Shown: positions 13,151-23,206 of the stretch, in pieces
How positions within the stretch are numbered: the first letter of the stretch is position 1
Layout of the letters: every line of letters begins with the position of its first letter
Origin: an uncultured Gemmatimonadales bacterium
GTDB lineage: Bacteria; Gemmatimonadota; Gemmatimonadetes; Longimicrobiales; Gaopeijiaceae
Direction of reading: 5' to 3'
Length of the DNA: 64,000 nt
Assembly: GCA_963823035.1 (NCBI GenBank)
Contig: CAWGKG010000008.1
Location: forward strand, 64,001 to 128,000
Translations under genes and position numbers: made by a program
Notes under the pieces: model-generated
Database searches by the model: none
Told to the model about the DNA's origin: nothing
The model's input: only the letters and a program-made list of their open reading frames with translations

Positions 13151-14615
13151 ATGCGCATCTGCCTGCTGACCGACCAGGTGCTCGACGCGGAGCCCTTCGA
13201 TCCCGAAGACTGGCCTTGCGACCCGCGCCCGTACCTCCCCGACGACGAGTGGGGCCTCCTGACGCTCAGGAAGGAGGCGGCGGTCGCGCAGATCATCGAG
13301 GCGTCGCGGGTGGGCTACGACGTCTTCTTCAACCTGTGCGACGGCGCCTGGGACGAGGGGCGCGTGGGCATCGAAGTCGTGCAGACGCTCGAGTGGCTGG
13401 ACCTGCCCTTCACGGGCGCGACGTCGGAGTTCTACGAGCCGACGCGTGAGGCCATGAAGCGTGTATGTCACGCCTGGGGCATCGACACGCCCGCGTACGT
13501 CACGGCGCGCACCGCCGCGGACGTGGAGCGCGCCGCGGACACGCTGCGCTTCCCCCTCTTCGTGAAGCACCCGAACAGCTACGCGAGCAGCGGCCTGACG
13601 CGCGCGTCCCGGGTCGAGACGGGGGAGGCGCTCAGGGCGCAGGCCGGAGACATCATGCGCCGCTACGGGGCCGCGCTCGTCGAGGAGTACATCGAGGGAA
13701 CCGAGTGCACGGTGCTGGTCGGGGAGAACCCGGACGACCCCGCCGGCCCGCATACGTACCAGCCGATCCGGTACGAATTCCCTCCGGGGGAGTCGTTCAA
13801 GCACTACGAGCTGAAGTGGGTGAAGTACGGCGGGCTGGAAGCGCATCCCGTGGAGGACCCGGTCCTCGACCGCTGCGCTGCGCGAGGCCTCGGGAACGTT
13901 CTTCGTGGGGATGCGCGGCGCGGGCTTCGGTCGCTGCGACATGCGCGTGGACGCCGAGGGGCGACCGTGGATGCTGGAGATCAACCCCAACTGCGGCATC
14001 TACTATCCGGCCACCGACCCCGGTAGCGCGGACATCTGCCTGGCGCACGATCCGGCGGGCCACGAGGGTTTCACGCGCAGGCTGGTGGCCGCGGCCTTCG
14101 CGCGGCAGGCCCGGCGTCGGCGCGCCTGGCAGGTGCTCCCGCGGCCCGCCGGAGACTACGGTACGTTCGCCACGCGCCCCGTGGCCGAAGGCGAGCGCGT
14201 GATGGTCTTCGAGGAGCAGCCCCATCACCTCGTGAGCCGCGCGTACGTGGAGCGCAACTGGGACGAGCGTCACCTGGACTGGTTCCGGCGGTACGCCTGG
14301 CCGATCAGCGACGAGGTGTGGGTCACGTGGAGCGAGGACCCCGAGCACTGGAGGCCGATCAACCACTCCTGCGACCCGTCCGCCTGGCTCGAAGGCCTCG
14401 ACGTGGTGGCGAGGCGCCCGCTCCGTGTGGGCGAGGAGATCACGCTCGACTACGCCACCTTCTACGACGAGCACATGGCGGCGTTCACATGCGACTGCGG
14501 CAGCGACCCATGTCGGGGCACGATCCGCGGCGACGACTACCTGGGCGACTTCATGGAACGATACGGGGCGCACCTCTCCGCGCACGTCCGGCAGAAGCGG
14601 GCGGAGCGACGCTGA
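13151..14615 (+). CDS. D-Ala-D-Ala-ligase-like ATP-grasp domain fused to a SET/post-SET methyltransferase; apparent +1 frameshift near 13874
   Basis: ATP-grasp: FPLFVKHP, LVEEYIEG, GRCDMRVD..LEINPNCG. SET: YGTFA, INHSCDP, GEEITLDY. Post-SET: CDCGSDPC. Confidence 0.85.
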
Positions 14616-15625
14616 GCGCACCGCCCGCCGTCTCGGTCCTCCTGCCGGTGCGCGACGGTGCGCGGCACCTGCCGGAGGCCATCGCGTCCCTGCAGGCGCA
14701 GACCGACGCCGATTTCGAGGTCATCGCGGTCGACGACGGCTCCGCCGACGACACCTTCGGAATCCTCGCGGCCTGGGCCCGGTCGGATCGACGCGTGCGC
14801 CCCCTGCGCCAGGAGCCGACCGGGATCGTCGCGGCGCTCGAACACGCGCGGGCCATGGCGCGTGGCCGTTGGCTCGCCCGCATGGACGCCGACGACGTGA
14901 GCGAGCCGCAGCGCTTCGCGCACCAGCGCGCGCTCATGGAGTCGGACCCGACGCTCACGGTGTGCGGGACGCACGTCCGCTCCTTTCCCGACGGCGAGGT
15001 GCGCGAGGGTGCCCGGCGCTACGAGGCGTGGCTGAACGCCACCGCGGCGCCCGAAGACGTGGCGCGGGAGCTCTTCGTGGAGTGCCCCCTCGCGCACCCC
15101 ACCTTCTTCCTCTCCGCGGACGCCGTCTCCCGCGTCGGCGGCTACCGCGACCGGGGGTGGGCGGAGGACTACGACCTCCTTCTCCGCCTGTGGCGGGGCG
15201 GAGGGCGGCTGGCCAAGGTGCCGGAAGTCCTCCTGCGGTGGCGGGAGGGCCCGGGACGCCTGCAGCGCACGTCGCCCGTGTACGGCCCCGACGCCTTCGT
15301 GCGATGCAAGGTGCACCACCTGACGCGCTCGCTCCTCTCGGACGGCCGCGCGGTGGCCGTCTGGGGCGCCGGTCCGGTGGGCAAGACGTTCGCGCGCGCC
15401 CTGGCCGACGGGGGTGTGCGGGTGCGCGCCTTCGTCGAGGTCGACCCCAGGAAGATCGGCCAGGAGATCCACGAAGCCCCCGTGCTCGACACGGAGGGCG
15501 GGCTCGCGCTCCGGGGGGTCCTCCACCTCGCCGCCGTCGGTCAGCCCGGGGCGCGCGACACCCTGCGGGCGATCCTTTCCGGCGCCGGGCTCCGGGAGCT
15601 CGTCGACTACCTGGCCGTCGCCTGA
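14612..15625 (+). CDS. Glycosyltransferase family 2 with C-terminal Rossmann-like extension
   Basis: VSVLLPVRD, VDDGSAD, RMDADD, EDYDL and WGAGPVGK motifs. The start is inferred as a CTG overlapping the upstream stop. Confidence 0.88.
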   Translation: MSAPPAVSVLLPVRDGARHLPEAIASLQAQTDADFEVIAVDDGSADDTFGILAAWARSDRRVRPLRQEPTGIVAALEHARAMARGRWLARMDADDVSEPQRFAHQRALMESDPTLTVCGTHVRSFPDGEVREGARRYEAWLNATAAPEDVARELFVECPLAHPTFFLSADAVSRVGGYRDRGWAEDYDLLLRLWRGGGRLAKVPEVLLRWREGPGRLQRTSPVYGPDAFVRCKVHHLTRSLLSDGRAVAVWGAGPVGKTFARALADGGVRVRAFVEVDPRKIGQEIHEAPVLDTEGGLALRGVLHLAAVGQPGARDTLRAILSGAGLRELVDYLAVA

Positions 15626-15692
15626 GGGCCGCCGGGCTTTTCGGTTCCCCCAAAATACCGCGAAAACCGTTGTGCGGTGCGGGGTTTCAGCC

Positions 15693-15721
15693 TTGCCGCA
15701 GAAGCCCTTCAAGGTTAGTTT
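15693..15721 (+). promoter_or_regulatory. Putative sigma-70 promoter for the Zn-ribbon gene/gyrA operon
   Basis: TTGCCG-17 nt-TAGTTT in an AT-richer intergenic region. Confidence 0.5.
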
Positions 15722-15858
15722 TCCATGTCTCGGAAGCATCGCTCTACGGGCGCCCCGGAAGGGGCGCCCGGAACGTTTGGTCCCTACCGCGCACAACGCG
15801 GCTTCCCGATCCACAGGAGCGTGGGCGTGCCCGTCGTCCGCAGGGCCGTGACTGCTTG

Positions 15859-16315
15859 ATGCGCCGCGGCCTCGCGTTCGTCTCGTTGGTGCTCGTGCTG
15901 ATGGGCCTCGAGCTGTCCACCGAGGCGGTCACGGTGGTGGTGGACCGGATCGTGGGAGGGCTGTCGGCGCTTTTCAGGGGGGACGGAGCCCGCCTTGCCG
16001 CGCTTCCGTTTCGTGGTGGGGTTGGGTGCCCTGGTGGCGGGAGTCGGGCTCGGGATCCTGCTGATCTGGTCCGGCCGGAAGGGGCGCGGGGTCGGCGCGC
16101 AGGGGGATGCGTGCCCGCAGTGCGGCGGCGAGACGCGGCGCGTGCGGCGCCGGGGATGGCAGCGGCTGCTCGCGGCACTCGTGGGCGAGCGGATGACGCG
16201 ACGCAAGTGCGAGACGTGCGGGTGGGTGGGGCTTGAGCGTGAGGCGGTGAGCCTGCGGCCGGCGGGGCCGGAGGACCGAAGAAGAACCCGATCAGGACCG
16301 AACCAGCATGGCTGA
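15859..16315 (+). CDS. Hypothetical membrane protein with C-terminal Zn-ribbon; apparent frameshift near 16010 (start may be the GTG at 15827)
   Basis: Two hydrophobic segments followed by CPQCGG...CETCGW; the stop overlaps the gyrA start. Confidence 0.6.
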
Positions 16316-18896
16316 CGAGCTCGATCTCGTGGGAGGCGGTGGCGGCGAGAAGGTGCTGACCCGTCTCCTCGAAGACGAGATGAGGGAGTCGTTCATCGAC
16401 TATTCGATGAGCGTGATCGTGCAGCGGGCGCTGCCGGACGTGCGCGACGGGCTCAAGCCCGTGCACCGGCGCATCCTCTACGCGATGAGCGAGCTGGGCC
16501 TCTCCCCGGGGCGGGCCTACAAGAAGAGCGCGTCCGTCGTCGGTGAGGTGCTCGGCAAGTACCACCCGCACGGCGACTCGGCGGTCTACGACTCGATGGT
16601 GCGCATGGTGCAGACGTTCAGCCTGCGCTATCCGCTCGTCGACGGGCAGGGCAACTTCGGCTCCGTAGACGGCGACTCCGCGGCGGCCTACCGGTACACG
16701 GAGGCCCGTCTCACGGCGGCGGCGATGGAGATGCTCGCCGACATCGACAAGGAGACGGTTCTCTTCGTCCCGAACTTCGACGGACAGAAGACGGAGCCCA
16801 CCGTCCTGCCGGCGAAGATCCCCAACCTCCTCGTCAACGGCTCCTCGGGCATCGCGGTCGGGATGGCCACGAACATCCCGCCGCACAACCTGCGTGAGGT
16901 GGTGGCCGCCACGACGGCACTGGTGGACGATCCCGACCTGAGCCAGGAGCGGCTGGAGGCGCTCATCACGGGGCCCGACTTCCCGACGGGCGGCTTCATC
17001 TGCGGGCGCGAGGGCATCCAGGACGCGTACCGCACGGGCCGCGGCCGCGTGATCATGCGCGCGCGGGCCGACATCGAGCAGATCGACGCCAACTCGGAGC
17101 GGATCGTCGTCACCGAGATCCCCTTCATGGTGAACAAGTCCCGCCTGATCGAGCAGATCGCCCAGCTCGCGCGGGACAAGAAGATCACCGAGATCCGCGA
17201 CCTGCGTGACGAGAGCGACCGCGACGGGATGCGCATCGTCATCGAGCTGAAGCGCGATGCCGTGCCGTACGTCGTGCTGAACCGGCTGTACAAGCACACG
17301 CAGATGCAGTCGACGTTCGGCACCATCCTCCTGGCGCTGGTGGACGGTCAGCCCCAGGTCATGACGCTGCGGCAGATCCTGCAGCACTTCATCGACCATC
17401 GGCACCGCGTCATCGTCAGGCGCAGCGAGTTCGACCTCGCGAAGGCCAAGGACCGCGAGCACATCCTCGAAGGTCTCAAGATCGCCGTCGACAACATCGA
17501 CGAGGTCATCGAGATCATCCGGGGGTCTCCGGACACCGAGACGGCGTCCGCCTCCCTCCAGGAGCGGTTCGAGCTCTCGGAGCGCCAGGCGAAGGCGATC
17601 CTCGACATGCGTCTCGCGCGGCTCACGGGCCTCGAGATCGAGAAGCTCGAGGAGGAGCTGGCCGAGGTGCGCGCCACGATCGCGGACCTGGAGGACATCC
17701 TCGCGTCGCACGAGCGGCGGATGACGATCCTGAAGGGCGAGCTGCAGGAGATGGCCGACAAGTTCGGCGACGAGCGGCGCACGGAGATCACGGGCGCCGT
17801 GGGGTCCTTCGACATGGAGGACCTGATCGTCGAGGAGGACATGGTCATCACGGTGTCGCACTCGGGGTACGTGAAGCGTCTCCCTGTGGACACGTACCGG
17901 GCGCAGCGCCGGGGCGGGCGTGGGCTGCGCGGGATGGACACCAAGGAGGAGGACTGGGTCGAGCACCTCTTCGTGGCGTCCACGCACGACTACCTGATGA
18001 TCTTCACGCGCCGGGGCCAGTGCTACTGGATCAAGGTGTGGGAGATCCCGGTGGGCGCGCGGGCGTCGCGCGGCAAGCCGATCGTGAACCTCCTCAACCT
18101 CTCGAGCGAGGAGCAGATCGCGGCGGTGGTCCCGGTGCGCGAGTTCGCCGAGGACAAGTACCTCATCTTCTCGACGCGGCTCGGCGTGGTGAAGAAGACG
18201 GCGCTGTCCGCCTACGGCAACGTGCGTGCGGTCGGGCTGAACGCGATCAACACCCGCGAGGGCGACGAGCTCATCGACGTGCAGATCACGGCCGGCGAGG
18301 AGGAGATCATCCTCGCCACGCGGCGCGGGATGGCGATCCGCTTCAACGAGGGGGACGCCCGCCCCATGGGACGCGCCACGGAGGGCGTACGCGGCATCGA
18401 CCTCTCCGGCGAGGACGTGGTGATCGGGATGGTCGTGGTGCGGCCGGAGTCGACGCTCCTGGTCGTGACCGAGAACGGGATGGGCAAGCGCACCGAGGTG
18501 GACGCGTACCGGTTGCAGAAGCGCGGCGGCAAGGGCGTCATCAACGTCAAGACGAGCGCGAAGACCGGCCGGGTCGTGTCGATCAAGTCGGTCACCGAGG
18601 ACGAGCAGATCATGGTCATCACGCGGAAGGGCGTGGTGAACCGGCAGCGGATCGACGAGATCCGCGTGATCGGCCGTGCCACGCAGGGAGTGCGCCTCGT
18701 GAACCTGGACGACGGCGACGAGGTCATGGACGTCGCCCGGGTCATCGCCGACGACGAGGAGGACCTCGTGGGCGGGGAAGGCGAGGCCCTGGAGGGCGCG
18801 GCGGAGGCCGGCGCCGAGGCCGGAGATGGCGAGGAGGAAGCGGAGCCGGAGAGCGAGCCCGGTGACGACGAGCCGGAGGCCCAAGGAGACGCATGA
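16308..18896 (+). CDS. gyrA: DNA gyrase subunit A
   Basis: [33 protein letters not shown], GyrA-box QRRGGRG, acidic tail. Confidence 0.98.
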   Translation: MADELDLVGGGGGEKVLTRLLEDEMRESFIDYSMSVIVQRALPDVRDGLKPVHRRILYAMSELGLSPGRAYKKSASVVGEVLGKYHPHGDSAVYDSMVRMVQTFSLRYPLVDGQGNFGSVDGDSAAAYRYTEARLTAAAMEMLADIDKETVLFVPNFDGQKTEPTVLPAKIPNLLVNGSSGIAVGMATNIPPHNLREVVAATTALVDDPDLSQERLEALITGPDFPTGGFICGREGIQDAYRTGRGRVIMRARADIEQIDANSERIVVTEIPFMVNKSRLIEQIAQLARDKKITEIRDLRDESDRDGMRIVIELKRDAVPYVVLNRLYKHTQMQSTFGTILLALVDGQPQVMTLRQILQHFIDHRHRVIVRRSEFDLAKAKDREHILEGLKIAVDNIDEVIEIIRGSPDTETASASLQERFELSERQAKAILDMRLARLTGLEIEKLEEELAEVRATIADLEDILASHERRMTILKGELQEMADKFGDERRTEITGAVGSFDMEDLIVEEDMVITVSHSGYVKRLPVDTYRAQRRGGRGLRGMDTKEEDWVEHLFVASTHDYLMIFTRRGQCYWIKVWEIPVGARASRGKPIVNLLNLSSEEQIAAVVPVREFAEDKYLIFSTRLGVVKKTALSAYGNVRAVGLNAINTREGDELIDVQITAGEEEIILATRRGMAIRFNEGDARPMGRATEGVRGIDLSGEDVVIGMVVVRPESTLLVVTENGMGKRTEVDAYRLQKRGGKGVINVKTSAKTGRVVSIKSVTEDEQIMVITRKGVVNRQRIDEIRVIGRATQGVRLVNLDDGDEVMDVARVIADDEEDLVGGEGEALEGAAEAGAEAGDGEEEAEPESEPGDDEPEAQGDA

Positions 18897-19868
18897 GCGA
18901 GACCGTCCAGGGGGAGGGACTCGTCGGTCTGACCGAGATCGAGTCCGCGGCGCGGCGTCTGGCCGGCGTGGCCGTGCGCACGCCGCTCCTCCCGGCGGAC
19001 GCCATCTCGGAGGCGGTCGGCGGGGAGGTGCGCCTCAAGTGCGAGAACCTCCAACGGGCCGGCGCCTTCAAGATCCGGGGAGCGTACAACTTCGTCTCCC
19101 AGCTCTCCGACGAGCAGGTGAAGAACGGGATCATCACGTATTCCTCGGGCAACCACGGGCAGGCCGTGGCGCTCACCGGCAAGCTGCGAGGGCTGAGGGC
19201 GGTGGTGGTGATGCCCACCACGGCGCCCCCTGTGAAGGTGCAGGGCGCGAAGCGCCTGGGCGCCGAGGTGGTGATGGAGGGCACGACCTCGGTGGAGCGA
19301 AAGCTCCGCGCGGAGGCGATCGCCGAGGAGGAGGGTCTGGTCATGGTGCCGCCCTTCGACCACCGGCACATCATCGCCGGGCAGGGCACCGTGGGCCTCG
19401 AGATCGCGAAGGACTGGCCCGACGTGGACCTGGTCCTTGCGCCGATCGGAGGCGGAGGGCTGGCGAGCGGCGTGGCCGCCGCGGTGAAGCGCATGCTGCC
19501 GCACGCCCGCGTCGTCGGCGTCGAGCCGGTGGGCGCCGCCTCCATGCGCGCCGCCCTCGACCACGAGGGCCCCACCCTCCTGACCGAGGTGGAGAGCATC
19601 GCGGACGGGCTCCTGCCGGTCATCACCGGCGAGCTCACCTACGAGCACGCGCGTGAGCTCATGGACGACGTGGTCACGGTGAGCGACGACGCGATCCGCA
19701 GGGCCACGGCCATGCTCATCCATCGCCAGAAGCTCGTGGTGGAGTTCAGCGGCGCGGTCACCACGGCGGCAATCCTCGAGCGGAAGGTCGAGGTTCGTGG
19801 AGCAGCGGGTGGCCGCGGTCATCAGCGGCGGCAACATCGACCCGTCCGTTCTGGCCGGGCTCTCCTGA
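18893..19868 (+). CDS. PLP-dependent threonine/serine dehydratase-family enzyme; apparent frameshift near 19800
   Basis: [30 protein letters not shown]; the C-terminal VISGGNID lies in the shifted frame. Confidence 0.9.
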
Positions 19869-19876
19869 GAAGCGCG

Positions 19877-20823
19877 GTGACGACTCCGCAGCCCTTCGTC
19901 CCGGGCATCGAGATCGGCCACGGCCTCGCGTACGGGGGACGGAGCGGGTCCACCGTCGTGCTGGGCCCCTTCCGCGCGGCCGCCGAGGTCCGGGGGCTGG
20001 CCACCGGGACCCGCGAGCTGGACGTGCTCCGCCCCACTCATCTGGTCCCCAGGGTCGACGCGATCCTCCTGGCCGGGGGCTCGGTGTTCGGCCTGGCAGC
20101 CGCGGACGGGGTCGTGAGCTGGCTCGCCGAGGCCGGACGTGGATACGACACCGGCATGGGCCGGGTGCCGATCGTGCCGGCCGCGGTGATCTTCGACCTG
20201 CACCAGCACCACACCCGGCCGGACGCCGAGACGGGTGTAGCCGCCTGCGCGGACGCGCGCGCGGGCAGCCCGCTCGAAGGCCGGGTGGGCGCCGGCGTGG
20301 GAGCGACCGTCGGGAAGATCGCCGGCCCGGAAGCCGCCATGGACGGCGGTATCGGCGTGTGGTCCGCAGAGGTGGACGGCTTTCGTGTCGGCGCGCTGGC
20401 CGTGGTGAACGCGCTCGGCGACGTGCTCGACGGGCAAGGTCGGATCGTGGCCGGCGCACGGGACCCGGAGGGCGGGTTCCTGGACACCGCCGCGCTGCTG
20501 CGGCGGGGCGGCGCCTCCGGCGCGATGGGCGGGATGCCCGCCGGAACGAACACGACGCTCGCGGTGGTGGCGACCGATGCGCCCCTGACACGGGTAGGAC
20601 TGGCGAGGCTGGCCCGGGTCGCCGGCAACGCACTGGCGCGCCGGATCAACCCCGTGCACACGCCCTTCGACGGCGACGTGATCTTCGCCGTGTCGACCGC
20701 GGCGGAGGAAAGCGGAGATGGGCGGGGGCGAGGCTGCTGGCCCTGGGGGCCGTGGCGCAGCACGCGCTGGAGGAGGCGATCACCCGCGCGGTGACCGAGG
20801 GGCATCGGGAACAGCATCGATGA
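19877..20823 (+). CDS. P1/S58 (DmpA-like) peptidase; apparent frameshift near 20710
   Basis: GTRELD, LAGGSVFGL, PIVPAAVIFDL, NTTLAVVATD, HTPFDGD motifs. Confidence 0.88.
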
Positions 20824-21503
20824 GACGTCTGATCCTGTTCGACATCGACGGAACGCTCCTCTGGGGCGGGCCGGCGAAGGACGCGTTCCATCGCGCCCTC
20901 GTGGAGACGTTCGGCACCGCCGGCGACATCGAGGTGCACTCCTTCGCGGGGAAGACCGATCCGCAGATCGCGCGCGAGCTGCTCACCGGCGCCGGACTGC
21001 CCCCAGCGGCGATCGACGACGGCTTCGCGGCCCTCTGGGAGCGCTACCTGGGGTACCTTGCCGTGCTGCTCGAGTCGCGACCCGTGACCGTGCTGCCGGG
21101 CGTGCCGCCCCTCCTGCGGGAGCTCGCGCGCCGCACGGACGTCGGACTCGGGCTGCTCACGGGGAACATCGTCGGCGGCGCGGAGCTGAAGCTCCGCTCG
21201 GCGGGCATCTTCGAGCACTTCGAGGTCGGGAGCTACGGATCGGATCACGAGGAGCGGGACGAGCTGGCACGGATCGCGCTCACGCGCGCCGCGGAGGCGT
21301 GGTCGGTGAGCATCGACCCGAAGGACGTGTTCATCGTCGGTGACACCCCACGCGACGTGCAGTGTGGGCGCGCCGGGGGCACCAGGACGCTGGGGGTGGC
21401 CACCGGCCACTACGGCGTCGAGGAGCTCGAGCGCTGCGGCGCCGACCATGTTCTGGCGGACCTGACGGATACCGAGCAGGTGGTGGCGCTGCTCGCGGAC
21501 TAG
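20820..21503 (+). CDS. HAD-family hydrolase/phosphatase
   Basis: LILFDIDGTLL, LLTGN, IVGDTPRD motifs. Confidence 0.92.
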   Translation: MRRLILFDIDGTLLWGGPAKDAFHRALVETFGTAGDIEVHSFAGKTDPQIARELLTGAGLPPAAIDDGFAALWERYLGYLAVLLESRPVTVLPGVPPLLRELARRTDVGLGLLTGNIVGGAELKLRSAGIFEHFEVGSYGSDHEERDELARIALTRAAEAWSVSIDPKDVFIVGDTPRDVQCGRAGGTRTLGVATGHYGVEELERCGADHVLADLTDTEQVVALLAD

Positions 21504-21536
21504 AAGGGTGTTGAAGGAGGGGAGCCATCGCTTCGC

Positions 21537-21565
21537 TTGATCAGGTCGCGCGACGGGAACATCTT
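21537..21565 (+). promoter_or_regulatory. Putative sigma-70 promoter for dsbA-vkor
   Basis: TTGATC-17 nt-CATCTT upstream of the start at 21640. Confidence 0.4.
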
Positions 21566-21639
21566 GTCCGACCTGGACGAACACAGTTGGCAGGCGGGTC
21601 CAACGGCCGACCTGGTCGGCCCCGGTAGGGGGTAGAAAC

Positions 21640-22408
21640 GTGGCGAGCAGAGGCGAACAACGCAGGGAAGCGCGGAAGAAGGGTGGTTCCGAGATGACCA
21701 GGTTCTACTACATCCTGGGCATCGTCGCCGTCATCGGCGTCGGCATCGTGGCCTGGTCCGTCGGTTCCCAGGCGATGGGCACCGCGGCGACGCAGCCGGT
21801 CGACGTCGAGGGTCTCGACGACATGTCCAAGCTGGTCGATCTGGCGGAAGGCGTCACGCAGGGCGAGGCGAACGCGCCCATCACGATCATGGAGTTCGCC
21901 GACTACTCCTGCCCGGCCTGTGGTCAGTTCGCGCTCACCACCAAGCCGCAGATTCTGAAGCAGTACGTCGAGACGGGGAAGGCCAAGTTCATCTACCACG
22001 ACTTCCCGCTCACGTCCATCCACCCGCACTCCTTCCTCGCCGCCCGGGCCGCGCGCTGCGCGCGGCGACCAGGGGAAGTTCTGGGACTACCAGGACGCCC
22101 TCTTCCGTCATCAGTCCGAGTGGGCCACGAAGAACTCCGTGGAAGCGGACCTGAAGAACTTCGCGGAGCAGACGGGGCTGGACGTGGACGCGTTCGAGTC
22201 GTGCCTGAACAGCGACGCACACGCCGACGTGGTGTCAGCGAACCTGCGGCTCTCCACGGAGCTCGGGATCAACTCGACCCCGACCATCATGGTCAGCGCC
22301 GGCAAGGGGATGGCGCGCATGCTCGGCGGCTACGACTTCCGCGCGGTCCAGACCGAGGTGGATCGCCTGCTGCAGGAGATGGGCACGGACACCACGGGCG
22401 GTAGCTGA
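21640..22408 (+). CDS. Membrane-anchored DsbA-family thiol-disulfide oxidoreductase; apparent frameshift near 22065
   Basis: N-terminal TM helix, EFADYSCPAC, YHDFPL, GINSTPT (cis-Pro loop). Confidence 0.88.
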
Positions 22409-22410
22409 GC

Positions 22411-22885
22411 GTGCGTCAGGCTGCGGAGGAGGCGGCAGGAGAGGACCTGCCGCCGGCGACGCATCGCATGGCGATTGCCCTGCTGTCGCTCGTCGGCCTG
22501 TTCGTGGCCTTCTACCTCACGGCCCACGCCTTCGGGTGGACGGGTCCGCTCCGCTGCGGCATCGGCGAGTGCGAGACCGTGCAGGCGAGCCAAGTGGGCG
22601 AGGCTCGGGCCGGTGCCGGTCGCGCTGATCGGCCTTCTGGGCTACGTGGCGCTGTTGGTGCTTTCCTTCATGGGGTTGCAGCCCGCGCGGCGCCGGTCGC
22701 GAGGGATCGGCATGCTCCTCCTGGCTGGCGCCACGGTCGGCGTCGTCTTCTCGGCCTGGCTGACGTACCTCGAGGCCTTCGTCATCCACGCGTGGTGCCA
22801 GTGGTGCGTGACGTCGGCGATCCTCATGACGTTGATCTTCGTGGCTTCCCTTCCGGAGCTGCGAAGGTCCGGGAGGGGCGCATGA
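22411..22885 (+). CDS. Vitamin K epoxide reductase (VKOR)-family protein; apparent frameshift near 22590
   Basis: Loop cysteines CGIGEC, TM helices and the WCQWC active site. Confidence 0.88.
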
Positions 22886-23082
22886 GCGCGAAGAAGGCGA
22901 CGGTGAAGGTGCGGCTGCTCTTCGTGGACGAGGGCTCCTACCACCAGGAAGAGATCGATCTGCCCGCCGAGGGGATGGCGGAGTACGAGCGTCTCATCGA
23001 CTTCGTGCGCGAGGACCCCGAGGTCTTGAGGCGGGCCCACGTGGACCTTGGCCGGCTGTGCGCGGCCTATCTCGTGCAATAA
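22882..23082 (+). CDS. Small hypothetical protein (66 aa)
   Basis: GGAGG RBS, ATGA overlap with the vkor stop, typical codon use (MSAKKATVKVRLLFVDEGSYH...). Confidence 0.7.
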   Translation: MSAKKATVKVRLLFVDEGSYHQEEIDLPAEGMAEYERLIDFVREDPEVLRRAHVDLGRLCAAYLVQ

Positions 23083-23206
23083 GGACTTCCCCACGTCGAC
23101 GACACCCTTGGGATTTCCGAGGAGGGCCGTCGTACGTTGTCGTGACCGCGCGTGAGGCCGATGCCGCGCCTCGCCTCCACGGTGCTGCCCTCACCGGAGG
23201 ATGGTC

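Noticed and set aside
16540..16600. GyrA quinolone-resistance region
   Set aside because: HGDSAVYD keeps the wild-type Ser83 and Asp87 equivalents.
18893..20794. Apparent dehydratase-DmpA peptidase fusion
   Set aside because: The dehydratase C-terminal motif and stop (19868) lie in the shifted frame, so these are two genes.
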